Part shown: positions 6,723 to 16,700 of the stretch, piece by piece
How positions within the stretch are numbered: the first letter of the stretch is position 1
Layout: every line of letters begins with the position of its first letter
Source of the DNA: an uncultured bacterium
Lineage (GTDB): Bacteria; Acidobacteriota; Thermoanaerobaculia; Multivoradales; JAHZIX01
Direction of reading: 5' to 3'
Length of the DNA: 64,000 nucleotides
Assembly (NCBI GenBank): GCA_965368975.1
Contig: CBDUPA010000026.1
Location: 5,488 to 69,487 of the forward strand
Notes under the pieces: generated by a model
Database searches by the model: none
What the model was told of the DNA's origin: nothing
The model's input: only the letters and a program-made list of their open reading frames with translations
Position numbers and translations under genes: made by a program

Positions 6723-8921
6723 TCACAGCCGGAACAGGTACGTCATCTTGACGATCACCTGGCGGTCGCGGGTTTCCAGGTCGGAGAAACTGGGGGAGTT
6801 CCAGTTCTCATTGTAGACCACGTAGAGGTCGGAACCGGGGCGGTAGGTCCAGCGCAGGCGCAGGTTGGCACCGAAGACTTCACTGACGCTGTTGTACTGC
6901 AGGATGCCGTTGAGCGACAGGTCCGGGGTGAACGATAGCTCCAGGCGCTGGCGCACGACATCGAAGTCGAAGTCGCCGACGGGCAGGCTGACGTCGCTGC
7001 GCACCCAGGTGGTCTCGGTACGGAAGTAGCGGGAGGCACGCACGCTGACGGAGGCTGTGAAGGCGGTGCTGGAGCCGTCGTAGAAGTCCCCGGCGGTGAG
7101 CTCGAGGAAGCCGAAAACGCGGCGGGCGTCGGAGGTGGACAGCTGGAAGCCGCCTTCCCACCAGTCGTAGTCACCGGCCGGCAGGGTGACGCCGGGGAAG
7201 ATCGGGAAGTCGTTCTGCAGGTTGTCTTCCTGGCGGCGGGCGAAGAAATGGAGCTCGTCTTCGGTATGCCAGCGCAGGCCGAAGAACTCGAGCTGGACCA
7301 GCGAGGTCTCGGTGCCGCCGCCGTCGCGCTCGTACTGTTCGGCGATCAGGCCGGAGCGGTAGTTGCGGATCCTGGGGTGGTCGACGGGGCGAGGCTCGTA
7401 GACGCCGGAGCCGCGGTAGCGGCGCACGCCGCGACGCAGCAGGAAGCCGGCATCGGGGTTGAAGTCCTTGCCGATGTCGATGGCGGAGAGCGAGAAGTCG
7501 TAGAGCGCGCTGTCGTAGTTGAAGCCGGCGCCGGCGTTCCAGGGCTCGTCTTCGTCGACCTCGGAATCGTCACTACGCGAGGCGAAGGCCCAGACGTTGG
7601 TTTCGTTGGTCGGCTTGAGATCGAGGTCGATACCGTAGACTTCGTTGAGATTGCCACCGTCGGTGTCACTGCGGGTGTAGATCATGCCGATGCTGGAGCG
7701 TTCTCCCAGGTTGCGCTTGACGCGCACGACGCCCCAGTCGTTTTCAGGGACGGGCGCGCCGTTCTGACTACCCAGACTGTCGGTGCGCACGTTCATCAGG
7801 CCGAGACTCCAGCCACCGGCGCGTCCGGTCAGGCGACCGCCGAAGTCGATCGGCACTTGACGCCCATCGTCCGAGATGCCGACACGACGCGAGAAGAAGA
7901 CCTTGAACAGCGGCACGTCGGCGAACGACGGGCCGAACTCGAAGATGCCGGCGCTCTCCAGGAAGAATTCCCGCTTCTCTTGAAAAAACAGTGGGAAGCG
8001 CGTCAGGTTCACCTGCTGGTCGTCGACTTCGGCTTCGGCGAAGTCGGTGTTGGCGGTGACGTCCAGCGTCAGGTCTTCGTTGATGCCCCATTTGAAGTCC
8101 AGGCCGGTTTCCCAATCCTCTTCCGAGCCGGTTCCGGCTTGCTTGCTGGAGGAGAAGCTGGCGTAGGGCTTGATCTCGATGTTGAGGCCGCGGCGGAGCT
8201 CGAAGGGGCCGAAGTGGCCACCCTTGGAGATGCGGAAGACGTTGTCTTCGAGCCCCAGCGGTGACCAGTACGTCTCTTCGTTCTTGCGCTTGATGATGCG
8301 CCGCACCTGCATGCCCCAGGTCTCGTTGTTGGGGTCGAAGCGCAGGGTGGAGAAGGGGATGGCGAATTCTGCCGACCAGCCCTCGTCCGAGATGTGAGTC
8401 TTGACGTCCCACACGGCACCGTCCCAGGAGACGTTGAAGTCGCGGCCTTCGTCGGTCAGCAGTGCGTCGGTACGGGCGCCGTTGGGATTGGTTTCGAAGA
8501 AGAAAGCGTTGCGGTGGTCGTGGAAGGTGTCGAGGAAGATGCCGATCGAATCGTCGCGGAAAAGGAAGGCATCGCGTTCCATCTCATTGGCGATGATCTC
8601 GGACGGCTCCGAGTCGTAGGCCATGATGCCGATGTAGAGATGGGTGTTGGTGAAGACCGCGCGGAGCACCGTGCGCTCCGTGGCCGGGGCGCCTACCTGG
8701 GGCTCGCGCTGGCGGAAGTCACCGGATGGCTCGGCCTGCTGCCAGGCGTCGTCGTCGAGGTGACCATCGACGCTGATGCTCTCGTCGATGAAGAGTGGCC
8801 GCAGCTCGGGGACGCTGGAAGCCTCGGTGTGCGCGGAGGCCGGAGCGGCCGCGCTCAGGCAGGCGGTGGCGGCCAGCAGGGTGCTGGCCAGCAGACGGTG
8901 GGAAGGTATCGGCGACAACAT
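6723..8921 (-). CDS. CBM9-like / DUF5916-family outer-membrane-associated protein
   Basis: Signal peptide, then VDGHLDDDAWQQAEP...FRQREP...HLYIGIMAYD...FFFETNPNGARTD...WSAEFAIPFSTLRF, the CBM9/DUF5916 pattern. A beta-rich C-terminal part ends in an aromatic-rich strand. The ATG at 8921 with GAGGAG RBS is preferred over the TTG at 8936. Confidence 0.75.
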   Translation of the reverse strand: MLSPIPSHRLLASTLLAATACLSAAAPASAHTEASSVPELRPLFIDESISVDGHLDDDAWQQAEPSGDFRQREPQVGAPATERTVLRAVFTNTHLYIGIMAYDSEPSEIIANEMERDAFLFRDDSIGIFLDTFHDHRNAFFFETNPNGARTDALLTDEGRDFNVSWDGAVWDVKTHISDEGWSAEFAIPFSTLRFDPNNETWGMQVRRIIKRKNEETYWSPLGLEDNVFRISKGGHFGPFELRRGLNIEIKPYASFSSSKQAGTGSEEDWETGLDFKWGINEDLTLDVTANTDFAEAEVDDQQVNLTRFPLFFQEKREFFLESAGIFEFGPSFADVPLFKVFFSRRVGISDDGRQVPIDFGGRLTGRAGGWSLGLMNVRTDSLGSQNGAPVPENDWGVVRVKRNLGERSSIGMIYTRSDTDGGNLNEVYGIDLDLKPTNETNVWAFASRSDDSEVDEDEPWNAGAGFNYDSALYDFSLSAIDIGKDFNPDAGFLLRRGVRRYRGSGVYEPRPVDHPRIRNYRSGLIAEQYERDGGGTETSLVQLEFFGLRWHTEDELHFFARRQEDNLQNDFPIFPGVTLPAGDYDWWEGGFQLSTSDARRVFGFLELTAGDFYDGSSTAFTASVSVRASRYFRTETTWVRSDVSLPVGDFDFDVVRQRLELSFTPDLSLNGILQYNSVSEVFGANLRLRWTYRPGSDLYVVYNENWNSPSFSDLETRDRQVIVKMTYLFRL

Positions 8922-8939
8922 CTTGACTCTCCTCAAGGA

Positions 8940-10349
8940 TCAGGAACGTCGGCGTAGCAAGCTCAGCAGCGCCAGTAGGGCGGCTCCGAGTCCCACGCCG
9001 CGCAGGATCTTCTCTTGTCTTTCCGCCCGGGCGACGGCATCGGCGTAGGGCATCGTGGTGTGGGCGACCAAGCCATAGAGGGGTTTCCACAGCTCTGGGA
9101 AGAGCCGATTCAACCACACGTCGGCCTTCTTGCGCAGCAGGAAGGGCAGTGAACGGAGGCGTTGGCTCAATTCCAGGAAGTTTTGCTTCGACAATTCAGC
9201 CAGCGTGTCCGTGTGGACTTTGCGGCTCAGCTGGAACTGGTGGAACAGAGCGCGCCAATCGAGATCGAATTCGGTGGCGCCGCCTCGGCACCCCAGCAGA
9301 GCTTCTTGCAGGAGGTCGTCGAGCACGACACAGTCTTCGAGCGCAGCGTTCATGCCCTGGCCGAAGAAGGGATAGACCGCGTGCACGGCGTCGCCGATCA
9401 GCACTGCCCAGTCCTCGTGATACCAGGGCGCGGTGCGCACGGTGACCAGCCGGCCGACGGGATGGCTGAAGAACTGTTCGGTCAGCTCGGGCATCAGGGG
9501 CAGCAGATCTGGGAAGTAGGCTTCGAACAGCTCGCGTACGGCCTCGGGTGTCTGAATGTCGTCGAAGCAGAAGCGGCCGTCCTCACGCGCGACGGGCATG
9601 AAGAGCGTGACGGTGTGCGAGCCGTCGCGGTTCGAGTGAGTGACGATCAGAGCGTCACCGCGCGGCCACACGTGCAGGGCGTCGAGCTGAATCTGCGAGC
9701 TGCCGTCGCGGGCCGCGGGTAGGGTCAGTTCCTTGTAGCCCCAAGGAAGGTATTCCTGGTGGAAGTTCGCGCGAATGCCGGCGTGCAGGTGCTGGCGGAC
9801 CACGGAGAAGGCGCCGTCGGCACCAATGAGCAGGTCCGCGTGCACCTTGTGCTCGGTCTCTTGATCCTGGTCGAGAAATGTCAGGGTGCGGGCGTCTTTG
9901 TCCAACTCGACGCAGCGCTGGCGGAAGTGGAAGCGGATCTGACCCGTGGCTTCGGCGGCGTCCAGCAGCACGCGGTTCAGCTCGGTGCGGTCGATCGAGT
10001 TGAGTGCTTCGCTCGGGTTCTTGCCGTAGGCATGGTAGGTGACGCTGCCGTCGAGGGCATGGACGGCGCGCCCGTGCATGACAACGGCACGGTCGAGCAT
10101 GTGCTGGTCGAGACCCGCGCGGCGCAGCGCGCGCAGGCCACGGGCGGTCAGGCCGAGGTTGATCGAGCGGCCGGCCATGCCGCCGGTCTGCCGTAGGTCG
10201 CCGCGGCGCTCGTAGACGTCGACCTGGAAGCCGGCGCGTGCCAGGTAGATCGACACCATCGAGCCGGCCAGGCCGGCTCCGACGACCACGACTGTCGGTC
10301 GTGCCGACGTGGAGGCGGCCTGTTCGTGAGGAGGCTGTGAGGTGGACAT
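8940..10349 (-). CDS. kmo: Kynurenine 3-monooxygenase (FAD-dependent)
   Basis: Matches KMO signatures recalled from the human enzyme: GAGLAGS...DVYERR, GRSINLGLTARG, GADGAFSVVR, YLPWGYKELT, LHVWPR, VTLFMP, IGDAVHAVYPFFGQGMNAALEDC. A C-terminal hydrophobic helix is present. Confidence 0.88.
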   Translation of the reverse strand: MSTSQPPHEQAASTSARPTVVVVGAGLAGSMVSIYLARAGFQVDVYERRGDLRQTGGMAGRSINLGLTARGLRALRRAGLDQHMLDRAVVMHGRAVHALDGSVTYHAYGKNPSEALNSIDRTELNRVLLDAAEATGQIRFHFRQRCVELDKDARTLTFLDQDQETEHKVHADLLIGADGAFSVVRQHLHAGIRANFHQEYLPWGYKELTLPAARDGSSQIQLDALHVWPRGDALIVTHSNRDGSHTVTLFMPVAREDGRFCFDDIQTPEAVRELFEAYFPDLLPLMPELTEQFFSHPVGRLVTVRTAPWYHEDWAVLIGDAVHAVYPFFGQGMNAALEDCVVLDDLLQEALLGCRGGATEFDLDWRALFHQFQLSRKVHTDTLAELSKQNFLELSQRLRSLPFLLRKKADVWLNRLFPELWKPLYGLVAHTTMPYADAVARAERQEKILRGVGLGAALLALLSLLRRRS

Positions 10350-10385
10350 GGGCCAGGATCTCCGAGGGAATCGCGCTCGGGCGCG

Positions 10386-11501
10386 TCAGTGTGGCCGCCG
10401 GGCCACGAGTAGGTGGTCACCGGTCGATTCGAGTACCGTGCAGGTCTCGATCTGCAGGCCGCTCTGTTCGAGCCAGCCGCGGACCTCGGCCAGGGTGTAG
10501 GTGCGCCCGCCCAGCAGATGGAAGAGGTTGAGGCGAAAGATGCGATGGAAGGCTTCGGCGACGGCGGGCAGTTCGGGCCGCTCCTCGCCCGCGAGCTGTT
10601 CGAGCACGACCAGCCGGCCTCCCGGCCGCAGCAGGGTACGCACCCGGCGTAGCAACTCCAGGTTGGTTTCCGCGGGAAAACTGTGCACGATGCTCAGTAG
10701 ATACGCGACGTCGTAGCCGTCGCTGCTGGCGGACGCGTCGTCCCTGAGGTCGTCCTCCAGGAAGTTGGCTGCCCGGAACTCGACGCGCTCGGCCAGACCC
10801 GCGGCTTCGGCGTTCTCGCGCGCGACTTCCAGCGAGCTGGGTAGATCGACGACGGTGGCAGTGGCGCCCTCAATGCGGCGGCAGAAGGCCAGGGCGTGAC
10901 GTCCGTGGCCACCACCGATATCGATCAGCCGCGGTGGCTGATTTGCCGTCGAGGTCGAGACGTCCAACTGCAGATGCTCCAGAATCTCGTCGCCGTTGAG
11001 TTCCGCCAGTTGCCCGAGCATGGTCTGGAACACACGCTGCGCCGCCGGTCGCTCGTCGAGCCAGCTGTAGAGATGCAGTCCGGGCTGGCCACTCCGGATG
11101 GTCCCTTCGAGGTCGTGCCACAGCTCGAACAGCTGCAGTGACCAGAACTCGACGACGGCGGTGAAGTCGAAGCCCTCGCCTTCTGGGGGCCGCAGCCAGC
11201 GACGGGCAGCTTCGCTCAGGGTCCAGATCGGGTCCGGTTGCTGGGCTTCCAACTGTTGGGCATACCCGAAGCTCTCCAGTGCTTCGAGCAGGAAGCCGGT
11301 GGCGGCGGGATCCGTGTCCAGGCGCGCCGCCAGCTCGGTGGCGGGGGCGTCGCCCTCGGCCAGAGCTTCGAACAGGCCCAGGCGCAGCGCTGCCGCGGCG
11401 GCACGGAAACCGGCGGTGGCGAGCAGGTCGAGCTGCGGCGCCGGGGCATCGGCACTGTCGAAGAAGGCTCGGGTTTCTTCGTCGCTGAGACGGATCGGCA
11501 T
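10386..11501 (-). CDS. Class I SAM-dependent O-methyltransferase (family 2, with N-terminal dimerisation domain)
   Basis: LIDIGGGHGRHALAF SAM motif with the overall length and layout of COMT/TcmO-like enzymes. GAGGAG RBS upstream. Confidence 0.8.
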   Translation of the reverse strand: MPIRLSDEETRAFFDSADAPAPQLDLLATAGFRAAAAALRLGLFEALAEGDAPATELAARLDTDPAATGFLLEALESFGYAQQLEAQQPDPIWTLSEAARRWLRPPEGEGFDFTAVVEFWSLQLFELWHDLEGTIRSGQPGLHLYSWLDERPAAQRVFQTMLGQLAELNGDEILEHLQLDVSTSTANQPPRLIDIGGGHGRHALAFCRRIEGATATVVDLPSSLEVARENAEAAGLAERVEFRAANFLEDDLRDDASASSDGYDVAYLLSIVHSFPAETNLELLRRVRTLLRPGGRLVVLEQLAGEERPELPAVAEAFHRIFRLNLFHLLGGRTYTLAEVRGWLEQSGLQIETCTVLESTGDHLLVARRPH

Positions 11502-11516
11502 GTCGACTCCTCGGCT

Positions 11517-12341
11517 TCAGATCTCTGCGGCGTCCGATGGGAGCGGCGGTCTTGCTGGTGGTATTTCCTGCGGAGCCAGACCTCGTAGCTCGATCTCGGC
11601 TTCCACCAGGGCGTCGATGGCACGGTCGAGACGCTGCTCAGAGACGGACTGACCGAGGCGCCGTAGGTAGGCGCGCAGGAAGCCGACTCGGGCACCCGCG
11701 GTGTCGCGGGGGCGCGAGAGGAAGGGTAGGTCGGTCTCCACCATGTGACGGATCACCAGCATGGGGATCGGACTGCGCAGCGGCCGGATCTTGTCGCTGC
11801 GCAGGCCCGGCGTCTGATTCTTGGCGTGGAACTCACCGAGCATCAGGCCGCAACGGGTGAAATCCTTTTTCAGCGTTGCCTGGACGCCGTCGATCAGTTC
11901 CGGCACGGCTGCTTCGTCGATGTCCGGGAACAGCATCAAGAGGGCCTTGTTGACTGACTCATCGCCGTAGCGTGGTTCCTGGTGCAAGAAGACGTCGCGG
12001 TACTGGCTGGCGATCTTGCCGACGTGCTCCGGCGCGGCGTCTGATTTCAGGTGGATGCACGTCAGGAACAACGAGTCGAGTTTCATCGCGATCGGCATGA
12101 AAGGACACACGGGGCCGGTGCGGCCGAGATCCGGGTGCGGCTGACACAGGAAGTCGCGCATCCAGGTGACGATGACGCACAGTGGCCCGAGATCCTCGGC
12201 GACGGGTTCTCCCGACTCGATCTGTGAGATGCGGTAGAGGGATGTCGGCGGCTGGGTAGCGTCATCTTCGCTGGGATTGCAGCCCTGGCGCAACGCGTCT
12301 TGCAGGCCCACGGCGGCGGGGGCGGTTGGTTTCTCGGTCAT
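11517..12341 (-). CDS. Conserved-looking protein of unknown function (BGC-embedded)
   Basis: 274-aa ORF whose start makes an ATGA overlap with the MFS gene stop. It contains GRTGPVCPFMP. I cannot assign a family by eye. Confidence 0.6.
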   Translation of the reverse strand: MTEKPTAPAAVGLQDALRQGCNPSEDDATQPPTSLYRISQIESGEPVAEDLGPLCVIVTWMRDFLCQPHPDLGRTGPVCPFMPIAMKLDSLFLTCIHLKSDAAPEHVGKIASQYRDVFLHQEPRYGDESVNKALLMLFPDIDEAAVPELIDGVQATLKKDFTRCGLMLGEFHAKNQTPGLRSDKIRPLRSPIPMLVIRHMVETDLPFLSRPRDTAGARVGFLRAYLRRLGQSVSEQRLDRAIDALVEAEIELRGLAPQEIPPARPPLPSDAAEI

Positions 12342-13738
12342 GGTAGGTCCTTTGCTGTCTCTGCTCCAGGGGATTCGATGTCGAGCGGCGCGTCGGCTCG
12401 CGATGGTTCGAGGGCGTCCGGGATCTCATCTTCCAAACCACGCAGGCGCGGATAGAGAAGGCCGACACCGGCGACCAGGATGACGCTGGCACCGCCGAGG
12501 ATGAACATGAAGGCGATTCCGCGGCCCGGGCCGGTGCCGATCAGTGCACCGACGCTGGTGGCCAGAGTGCCGCCGGGGGCCAGCAGGGGTTCGAAGACGT
12601 GGTCGGCCAGCGGTCCCGCCAGCACGTAGCCGAGCGGGACCGTGGCACGGGTCAGCATCTGGCGGGCGGCGAGGACCTTGCCGAGCACCCCGCTGGGCAC
12701 CTTGGTCTGCCAGATGATGTCGTTGCAGGCGAAGATGAAGGGCAGGGTGGCGAAGAAGAAGAAGGCGCAGACGCCGATCAGCAGCGACGATGGTCGCAAT
12801 CCGTGCAGCATCAGGGCGATGCCGGCCAGCGCCAGGAAGCCGAGCACGCCGTGGATGCGCCGTGCCGGTCCGCCCCAGCTGCTCATCAGCATGCCGCCCA
12901 CCAGCATGCCGACGCCACCGATCGAGGTCAGCAGGCCGAGCATGGCGGCGCTGGTGAACTCCAGGATCATCGGGGTGATCAGCGGGCCGATGATGGCCAG
13001 CATGAAGCTGAACCAGCCGATCACCGCCAGGATGCCGAGCAGCCCGGGATGGCGGAAAATGTAGGACAGGCCGAAGGTCAGCTCCTGCCGCAGGCCACCC
13101 TCACCCTCGTCACCCGCCTCGGCAAGCCGCGGCGGGCGTGGGATGCGCACCGCGAGTAGCGTTGCCAGCGCGACCAGGAAGGTGACGACGTCGATGCCGA
13201 CCACGCCGCTGAGGCCGACCTCGAGCAGCAGGTAGCCAGCCAGTGCCGGTGCCAGCACCTGGCGGATCGCCACCGCGGTCTGCGCCAAGCCGTTGGCGTG
13301 ACCCAACTGCTTGCGGGGCACCAGCAGCGGGATCGACGCCAGGTAGGCGGGCTCTTGGAAGGCGTTGCCGAGAGACGAGATCGCGACCACCAGGTAGATG
13401 TGCCACACGTCGAGCTGGCCGCTGAGGGCCAGCAGCAGGACGGCCAGGCTGCCCAGACCGGCCATCAGGTCGGCAGCGATCATCATGGTGCGGCGGTCGT
13501 GGCGGTCGACCAGCGCACCGGCCAGCGGCGCGATCAGCAGACCGGGCAGTTCCAGGAAGAGGAAGATGAGGGCAAAGCTGGTCGCCGAACCGGTCTGCTG
13601 GTAGACCCACACGCCGAGGGCAAAGGCGGTCAGGCCGGTGCCCACCTGCGATACCACCTGACCGCTCCAGATGGTGTAGAAGGGCTTCATGTTGGCACGT
13701 TGTACTGGTGCTTCTTCTTGGCTCATAGGGGGGCTCAT
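12338..13738 (-). CDS. MFS transporter (EntS/peptide-exporter-like)
   Basis: About 12 hydrophobic segments and the GALVDRHDRR loop motif typical of NRPS-associated MFS exporters. Its start makes an ATGA overlap with the NRPS-PKS stop. Confidence 0.85.
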   Translation of the reverse strand: MSPPMSQEEAPVQRANMKPFYTIWSGQVVSQVGTGLTAFALGVWVYQQTGSATSFALIFLFLELPGLLIAPLAGALVDRHDRRTMMIAADLMAGLGSLAVLLLALSGQLDVWHIYLVVAISSLGNAFQEPAYLASIPLLVPRKQLGHANGLAQTAVAIRQVLAPALAGYLLLEVGLSGVVGIDVVTFLVALATLLAVRIPRPPRLAEAGDEGEGGLRQELTFGLSYIFRHPGLLGILAVIGWFSFMLAIIGPLITPMILEFTSAAMLGLLTSIGGVGMLVGGMLMSSWGGPARRIHGVLGFLALAGIALMLHGLRPSSLLIGVCAFFFFATLPFIFACNDIIWQTKVPSGVLGKVLAARQMLTRATVPLGYVLAGPLADHVFEPLLAPGGTLATSVGALIGTGPGRGIAFMFILGGASVILVAGVGLLYPRLRGLEDEIPDALEPSRADAPLDIESPGAETAKDLP

Positions 13739-16700
13739 GCGGGAGGTACCGAGGTCTTCAGAGGTGGAAGTTTCAGCCTCGGCGTTTCGGGGCGCGTGCG
13801 GCGCAGGAAGCCGGTGCGTTCCAGGTAGTCGAAGTAGGTGGTGAGCAGGGTGTCGTCCGCGGGCGGGCAGACCAGGCCGGCAGCTTGCAGGCGGGCCTGC
13901 GAGTGGTGCTGCTCAAAAGTCGGCTGGCGGTCTTCCTCGAGCGTGTCGCCGAACAGGGCCAGGAAGGAGGCGAGGGCGTTTTCCTGCTGCGCCGCCACGG
14001 CGCTGCGCAGGGCCGTGACCCACTCGCCGTAGGGCACCAGGCGCAGCGGCTGCACATGGACGTTGACCCAGCGGGCCAGCTCGCGGAAAGGCAGCGTCCG
14101 GCGGTTGTAGAAGTGGTAGGCGCGGCCGAGTGTGCCTGTTCCGAGGTTGCCGCTATCGAGGTCCGTCGCCAGATCCGCCGCCAGGCAGACGATCGCCTTG
14201 GCCAGGTAGTCGACGGGCATCAGGTCGATGGCGTGGGCGATGTCGGGCGCCAGGCCCAGTTGCACGCAGCCCTTGATCCAGCTGTAGAAGAGATCCTGGG
14301 TGTTGGCGGCGCCGCTGGACGCCGCACCGGAGACGCGGGCGGGACGCAGGATGTTGACCGGCAGACCGCGCTCGCGCGCTTGTTCGCACAGCTGCTCGGC
14401 GACCCACTTGCTCTGCTCGTAGCCCTTGTCCAGGCCATCCGGGCTCGGCGCGTCGTCTTCGGTCACCGTCGTGCCTTCGTAGGCTGGTTGCAGGAACAGG
14501 CCGAGCGTCGAGACGAAGTGCACCGGTCGCGCGCCGTCGAGGGACGCTAGGCGCAGCACTTCCTCGGTCCCGTGGACATTGATGGCTTCGAGCGCGCTAT
14601 AGGGGCGCACGAAGTCGACCGCGGCGGCGTTGTGGTGCAGTTCGCCGAGCTGGGCTGCCAGGCGCGCGAAGGCGGCGGCGTCGAGGCCCAGGCGCGGCTG
14701 GCTGAGGTCGCCGAGTACCGGCACCAGGCGTGCTGCATCCTTGCGCCCGGCGTCGCCCCGAGACTCGATGTCGCTCCACAGGTCATAGGCTTCGAGATTG
14801 CGCTGGATGCGCTGGCGTCCGGCCTCGATGGTGTCCGCGCGCACCAGGATGTAGATGTCACCGTTGCGGGCGCGCAGCAGCTCGTCGATCAGGTAGGCGC
14901 CGAGGAAGCCGGTGCCGCCAGTGACCAGCACGCCGGTGCCGGTGGGTCGGTCCTTCTCCGGACGGGGCTGCCCGGGACGGGACTCCCTCGGCTGGATCGC
15001 CGGGTCGAGGACGGCGCGAGCGCGCAGGTCGAGGGTTTGTGTCTCGCCCGCCCGCAGCGCCTCGACGACGCGAGCGAAGGCAGCGACGGTCGTGGCCTCG
15101 AACAGCTTGGTCAGTGGGATCTCCAGGAGCAGCTCCAGCTGCATGCGGCTAGCCAGCTGCATGGCGAGCAGGGAGCTGCCACCGGCGGCGAAGAAGTCGT
15201 CCTCGACCCCCAGTTGCGGCGCGGACAGCAGCTCGCGCCAGATCTCCAACAGCTGTGCCTCTAGCGGTGTGCGCGGTGTCACCGGCTCGGCGGTACCGAC
15301 GGTCGGCGCTGGCAGAGCGCGCAGGTCGACCTTGCCGTTGGGGGTCAGCGGCAGGACTTCGAGCGGCACGATCGTCGACGGCACCATGTAGGCTGGGAGG
15401 TGGTCGGCGAGGAAGGTGCGCAGGGTGTCGAGGGCGGGTGGGGTGGTCTCTGTCGACTTCGCGACCACGTACCCCACCAACTGCGCCGCTGCTCCCTCAC
15501 CGAAAGCCACCACGACGGCCGACGCCACCTCTGGATGTCGCTGCAGCGTGGCCTCGATCTCACCCAGCTCGATGCGGAAGCCGCGGATCTTGACTTGACG
15601 GTCTCGGCGGCCGAGGAATTCGAGCACGCCTTGTGTGCTGGTGGCGTGCTCTCCGGAACGAACCGGTAGCCAGCGCGCCAGGTCGCCGGTGCGGTAGAGG
15701 CGCCCTCCGGGGTTTCCGCCGACCGGGGAACTGCCTTCGCCGCGGGCGAACGGATCGGGCACGAAGACCTCGGCGGTGCGCGCCGGCAAGCGCAGGTAGC
15801 CGAGTGCGATGCCGGCACCACCCAGGCACAGCTCTCCCGCCACGGACGCTGGCTGCGGCCGCAGATGCGTGTCCAGCACGTAGACGCGCACGTTGGGCAG
15901 CGGTGCACCGATCGGTAGGGCTGGACGCGTCACTTCCGAGCCGTCGCGCGTCGGGTAGGAGGTAGCGCAGACGGTCGCCTCGGTGGGGCCGTAGTGGTTG
16001 AACACGCGGGCCCGCGGCGATGCCAGCTGGGCCCAGGTTGCCAGCTGGTGCGTGTTCACTGCCTCGCCGCCGACCATCATGACTTCCAGGTCCGGCAACA
16101 CGAGCTGGCGGTTGCGTGCCCTCCCCTGAGAGGCCAGTTTCTGAGAGACTAGCCAGTCGTCGAGCCAGGCCTTCCACAACGCTACCGCGGTGTCGATCAC
16201 AGACACGCGGCGGCGCGTGCAGAAGCGGTCGAGCCGGTCGCCGGTCAGGCGGCCCGGTGCCGGGTGGAAGATCAGGCAGGCGCCGGCCGCCCAAGCGGGG
16301 AAGAGGTCGCCCACCGAGGCATCGAAGTGCAGTGGCGGTATGGCCAGGAAGCGGTGGGTCTCGCGCAGTCCGTGGTGCTGGACGAAGGCGTACGCCAGGT
16401 TGACCGCGCTACGGTGGCTGACGGCGACCCCCTTGGGGCGGCCGGTCGAGCCTGAGGTGGTGATGACGTAGGCCGGGTAGTCGGGGCTAAAGCCGGCGCT
16501 CGAGCTGGTGGGCAGCGGCGTGGCCGGTGCTGAGTGGCCGCGCGGCGGCACCAGACGGCCTTTGTAACCGGTCAGCCGGGCCGTGCCGATCAGCACGCGG
16601 CAGCCGTTGTCTTCGAGGATCTGGCGCTGGCGCTCGGCCGGGGCGCCCGGATCCAGGGGGAGGTAGGCGGCGCCCGCCAGGTGGATCGCGACGATGGCGA